Shown here one piece after another: positions 57,257 through 59,369 of a DNA stretch of 59,369 bases. How positions within the stretch are numbered: the stretch's first letter is position 1; the number at the start of each line of letters is the position of its first letter. The notes below the pieces were generated by a model. It worked only from the letters and a program-made list of their open reading frames with translations, was not told where the DNA came from and did no database searches. A program made the translations under genes and the position numbers. Source of the DNA: Candidatus Gottesmanbacteria bacterium (lineage in GTDB: Bacteria > Patescibacteriota > Microgenomatia > UBA10105 > UBA927); the NCBI GenBank assembly GCA_043798445.1, contig JAZDOQ010000016.1, positions 1 through 59,369 on the forward strand. Direction: 5' to 3'.

Positions 57257-59077
57257 ATGGAAAAAATTAAACTTTCAGACTACATAGTAAAATTTATTGA
57301 GGGAATTGGAGTAAAGCACATTTTTCTAATACCAGGAGGTGGAAATATCCATATCATTGATTCTATTGGAAATAGCAAGCGTATCAAGTATGTCTGTAAC
57401 TATCACGAGCAGGCCTGCGCAACGGGAGCGGAATCATACGCGCGGATAACAGGAAACATCGGGGTTTGTGTTGTTACAACCGGTCCTGGAAGCACGAATG
57501 CAATCACTGGAATGCTCGGCGGGTGGTTAGATTCGATTCCCATGCTGATCATCTCAGGACAGGTGAAGAGAGAACTTCTAGGGAGTGGTAAAGGAATGAG
57601 ACAGCTGGGAGATCAGGAAATAAATATCGTAGATATCGTTAAACCCATAGCAAAATACGCAGTGACCATCATGGATCCAAATGAGATTCGTTATCATCTG
57701 GAAAAAGCCGTGTTTTTGGCAAAAACTGGAAGACCGGGACCTGTATGGTTAGACATACCGCTTGATATTCAAGGATCGTATATCGATCCAAAAGAGCTTT
57801 CATCCTTTGACGAAAGCAAAATAAACGCTGTGGGGAGTGATAGAAAACTTTTGAGGAAACAGGTGACTCTTACGCTTGAAAAATTGAGAAAATCAAAAAG
57901 ACCCGTGCTTTACGCAGGGAACGGCATACGGCTTTCAGGTGGAGCAAAAGAATTTCTTACATTGGTGGACATGCTAAACATTCCCGTACTCACAAGTTAC
58001 GCAGGATATGATCTCATCCCTTCTTCACATCCATGCTTTTTAGGACGTGGACACGCATTCGGTCAAAGAGCGGCTAATTTTATTCTTCAAAATAGTGATG
58101 TTTTTCTTTCCATCGGAGCACGTTTGGACATCAGAACGATTGGGTTTACCTATAAGGCTTTCGCAAGAGGGGCGTATAAAGTAATGGTCGATATTGATAA
58201 GAGTGAGCTGGATAAATTTATCCTTTCGCTGGATCTTAAAGTTAACGTTGATGCAAAGGAATTTATAGAAGAGATGATAAGACAATTGAAGAAGCGACCT
58301 TTAAAAATACATATCACGGATTGGTTTACATATGGAAGAAATCTAAACAGTGCATATCCAGTGGTGTCAAAAGAGTACTGGAAGGATAAGGAATTCGTCA
58401 ATCCGTATTGTTTCATTGAGACAATCGGAAAATATCTTGCGAAGAATGAACTGATAGTCCTATCGGACGGTGTTGGTTCGTTAAATTGTATGTACCAGGC
58501 GTTCTACGTCAAATCCGGGCAACGGATAATCCTGAATAACGGGAGCGCACAGATGGGCTATGGTCTTCCTGCAGCAATCGGTGTAGCGTTTGCTTCAGAT
58601 AATAAAAAGAGGGTGATCTGTCTTGAAGGGGATGGTAGTTTACAGCTGAATATCCACGAGCTGCAGACTATGAAGTATTATAACCTTCCAATTAAGCTTT
58701 TTATTTTTAGTAATGACGGATATCTTTCAATCAGAAATACACAAAATAATTTGTTCGGCGGAAGACATGTTGCCGTTGATTCAAGGTCTGGGGTAAGTGC
58801 ACCGGATTTTGTTAAAGTCGCCAAAGCGTATGGATTTAAGGCGATACGTATCAATAATCATCAGGATATGGAAAAGAAAATACGAGAGGTTTTGAAAGAA
58901 CCAGGTCCAATCGTCTGTGATATCCATGCGGTAAGGAATTTGATGCTCACCCCAAAACTGACCACCAGAGGGCTTCCGAACGGTCAGTTTGAATCGCCGC
59001 CACTTGAGGATATGGGACCGTTTCTTCCACGAGACGAATTTAAAAAAAACATGATTATTCCGTTATGGAAAGGATAA
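57257..59077 (+). CDS. Thiamine-diphosphate-dependent enzyme of the acetolactate-synthase large-subunit family (YerE-like candidate)
   Basis: N-terminal pyrimidine-binding motif TTGPGSTNAITG and C-terminal ThDP motif LEGDGSLQLNIHELQT. 606 aa. Confidence 0.75.
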   Translation: MEKIKLSDYIVKFIEGIGVKHIFLIPGGGNIHIIDSIGNSKRIKYVCNYHEQACATGAESYARITGNIGVCVVTTGPGSTNAITGMLGGWLDSIPMLIISGQVKRELLGSGKGMRQLGDQEINIVDIVKPIAKYAVTIMDPNEIRYHLEKAVFLAKTGRPGPVWLDIPLDIQGSYIDPKELSSFDESKINAVGSDRKLLRKQVTLTLEKLRKSKRPVLYAGNGIRLSGGAKEFLTLVDMLNIPVLTSYAGYDLIPSSHPCFLGRGHAFGQRAANFILQNSDVFLSIGARLDIRTIGFTYKAFARGAYKVMVDIDKSELDKFILSLDLKVNVDAKEFIEEMIRQLKKRPLKIHITDWFTYGRNLNSAYPVVSKEYWKDKEFVNPYCFIETIGKYLAKNELIVLSDGVGSLNCMYQAFYVKSGQRIILNNGSAQMGYGLPAAIGVAFASDNKKRVICLEGDGSLQLNIHELQTMKYYNLPIKLFIFSNDGYLSIRNTQNNLFGGRHVAVDSRSGVSAPDFVKVAKAYGFKAIRINNHQDMEKKIREVLKEPGPIVCDIHAVRNLMLTPKLTTRGLPNGQFESPPLEDMGPFLPRDEFKKNMIIPLWKG

Positions 59078-59078
59078 T

Positions 59079-59369
59079 ATGAATATTCTTTTGACGGGTT
59101 CAAACGGTTTTATCGGTAGCAATATTGCAACACACCTAAAAGGAAAACATACGTTGTTTACTCCAGGCCATAGGGAATTAGACCTGCTTGATGAGGAAGC
59201 AGTGCTAGTATTTTTCAAGAGCCACGCAATCGATCTTGTTATCCATTGTGCATTGGTCGGGGGAAGCAGAAAAGAAGAATATATCCACAGCATGTTTTAC
59301 GATAACATGCGTATGTTTTTTAATATTGTCAGGTGTAAGAAATATTTTCGTAGAATGATCAATATCGGT
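59079..59369 (+). CDS. NAD(P)-dependent sugar epimerase/reductase (SDR), N-terminal fragment truncated by the window end
   Basis: ATG 59079 lies 1 nt after the upstream stop. Rossmann motif MNILLTGSNGFIGSNI. The frame is open to nt 59369. Confidence 0.7.
   Translation, partial: MNILLTGSNGFIGSNIATHLKGKHTLFTPGHRELDLLDEEAVLVFFKSHAIDLVIHCALVGGSRKEEYIHSMFYDNMRMFFNIVRCKKYFRRMINIG

Noticed and set aside
1-59369. Alternative genetic code (UGA read as Gly, code 25), as used by some CPR lineages.
   Set aside because: TGA closes many ORFs exactly where the next gene begins (the ATGA/GTGA overlaps). Protein lengths and C-terminal motifs match the family expectations I recall, with TGA read as stop.
1-59369. 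Mobile elements, CRISPR arrays, tRNA/rRNA genes, or long direct or inverted DNA repeats flanking the strand-switch island at 21888-35286.
   Set aside because: I found no transposase, integrase or recombinase-like ORF and no spaced direct repeats. No noncoding stretch is long enough for an RNA gene apart from the 268-nt gap, which shows no tRNA-like features. The island boundaries are 2-bp and 52-bp spacers without terminal repeats visible to me.

Overview
The window is AT-rich by eye and very densely coded. I call 46 CDS, with almost no intergenic DNA. I recognised no rRNA, tRNA, CRISPR array, transposase or integrase.

The region is one continuous glycosylation locus with three transcriptional blocks:
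- a plus-strand block from nt 1 to 21885;
- a strand-switch island from 21888 to 35286;
- a plus-strand block from 35339 to the window end.

By my calls, 37 of the 46 genes are glycosyltransferases.

23 of these are large polytopic membrane proteins with GT-C-type architecture, covering about 38 kb, roughly two thirds of the window:
- 4 YfhO-like;
- 5 of the uncharacterised PTPS-related / COG5617 type;
- 8 GT39/PMT_2/ArnT-like with an acidic first-loop motif;
- 2 DUF2029/PimE-like;
- 3 of an unnamed family;
- 1 orphan.

The other 14 glycosyltransferases are cytoplasmic:
- 10 GT2, four of which look like DPM1/ALG5-type polyprenyl-phosphate sugar synthases;
- 4 GT4.

The remaining genes are two Wzx/MOP flippases, a SAM methyltransferase, a small secreted DUF5667-like protein, a doubtful 74 aa ORF, and a CDP-hexose cassette at the 3' end. 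The cassette consists of rfbF, an rfbG-like gene, a thiamine-diphosphate enzyme and an SDR.

Gene content, family composition and standard-code stop usage suggest a Patescibacteria/CPR (Microgenomates-like) origin. That is inference only.

The main candidate for something new is the locus itself: an exceptionally large, paralogue-rich array of extracytoplasmic GT-C enzymes. Thirteen of them lie in an uninterrupted run. Nine share a C-terminal YYPGW module across two nominally different families. The array is fed by very few lipid-sugar donor synthases, and the window contains no priming transferase, polymerase or ligase.

All functional calls rest on motifs I recognised by eye. No database search was run.
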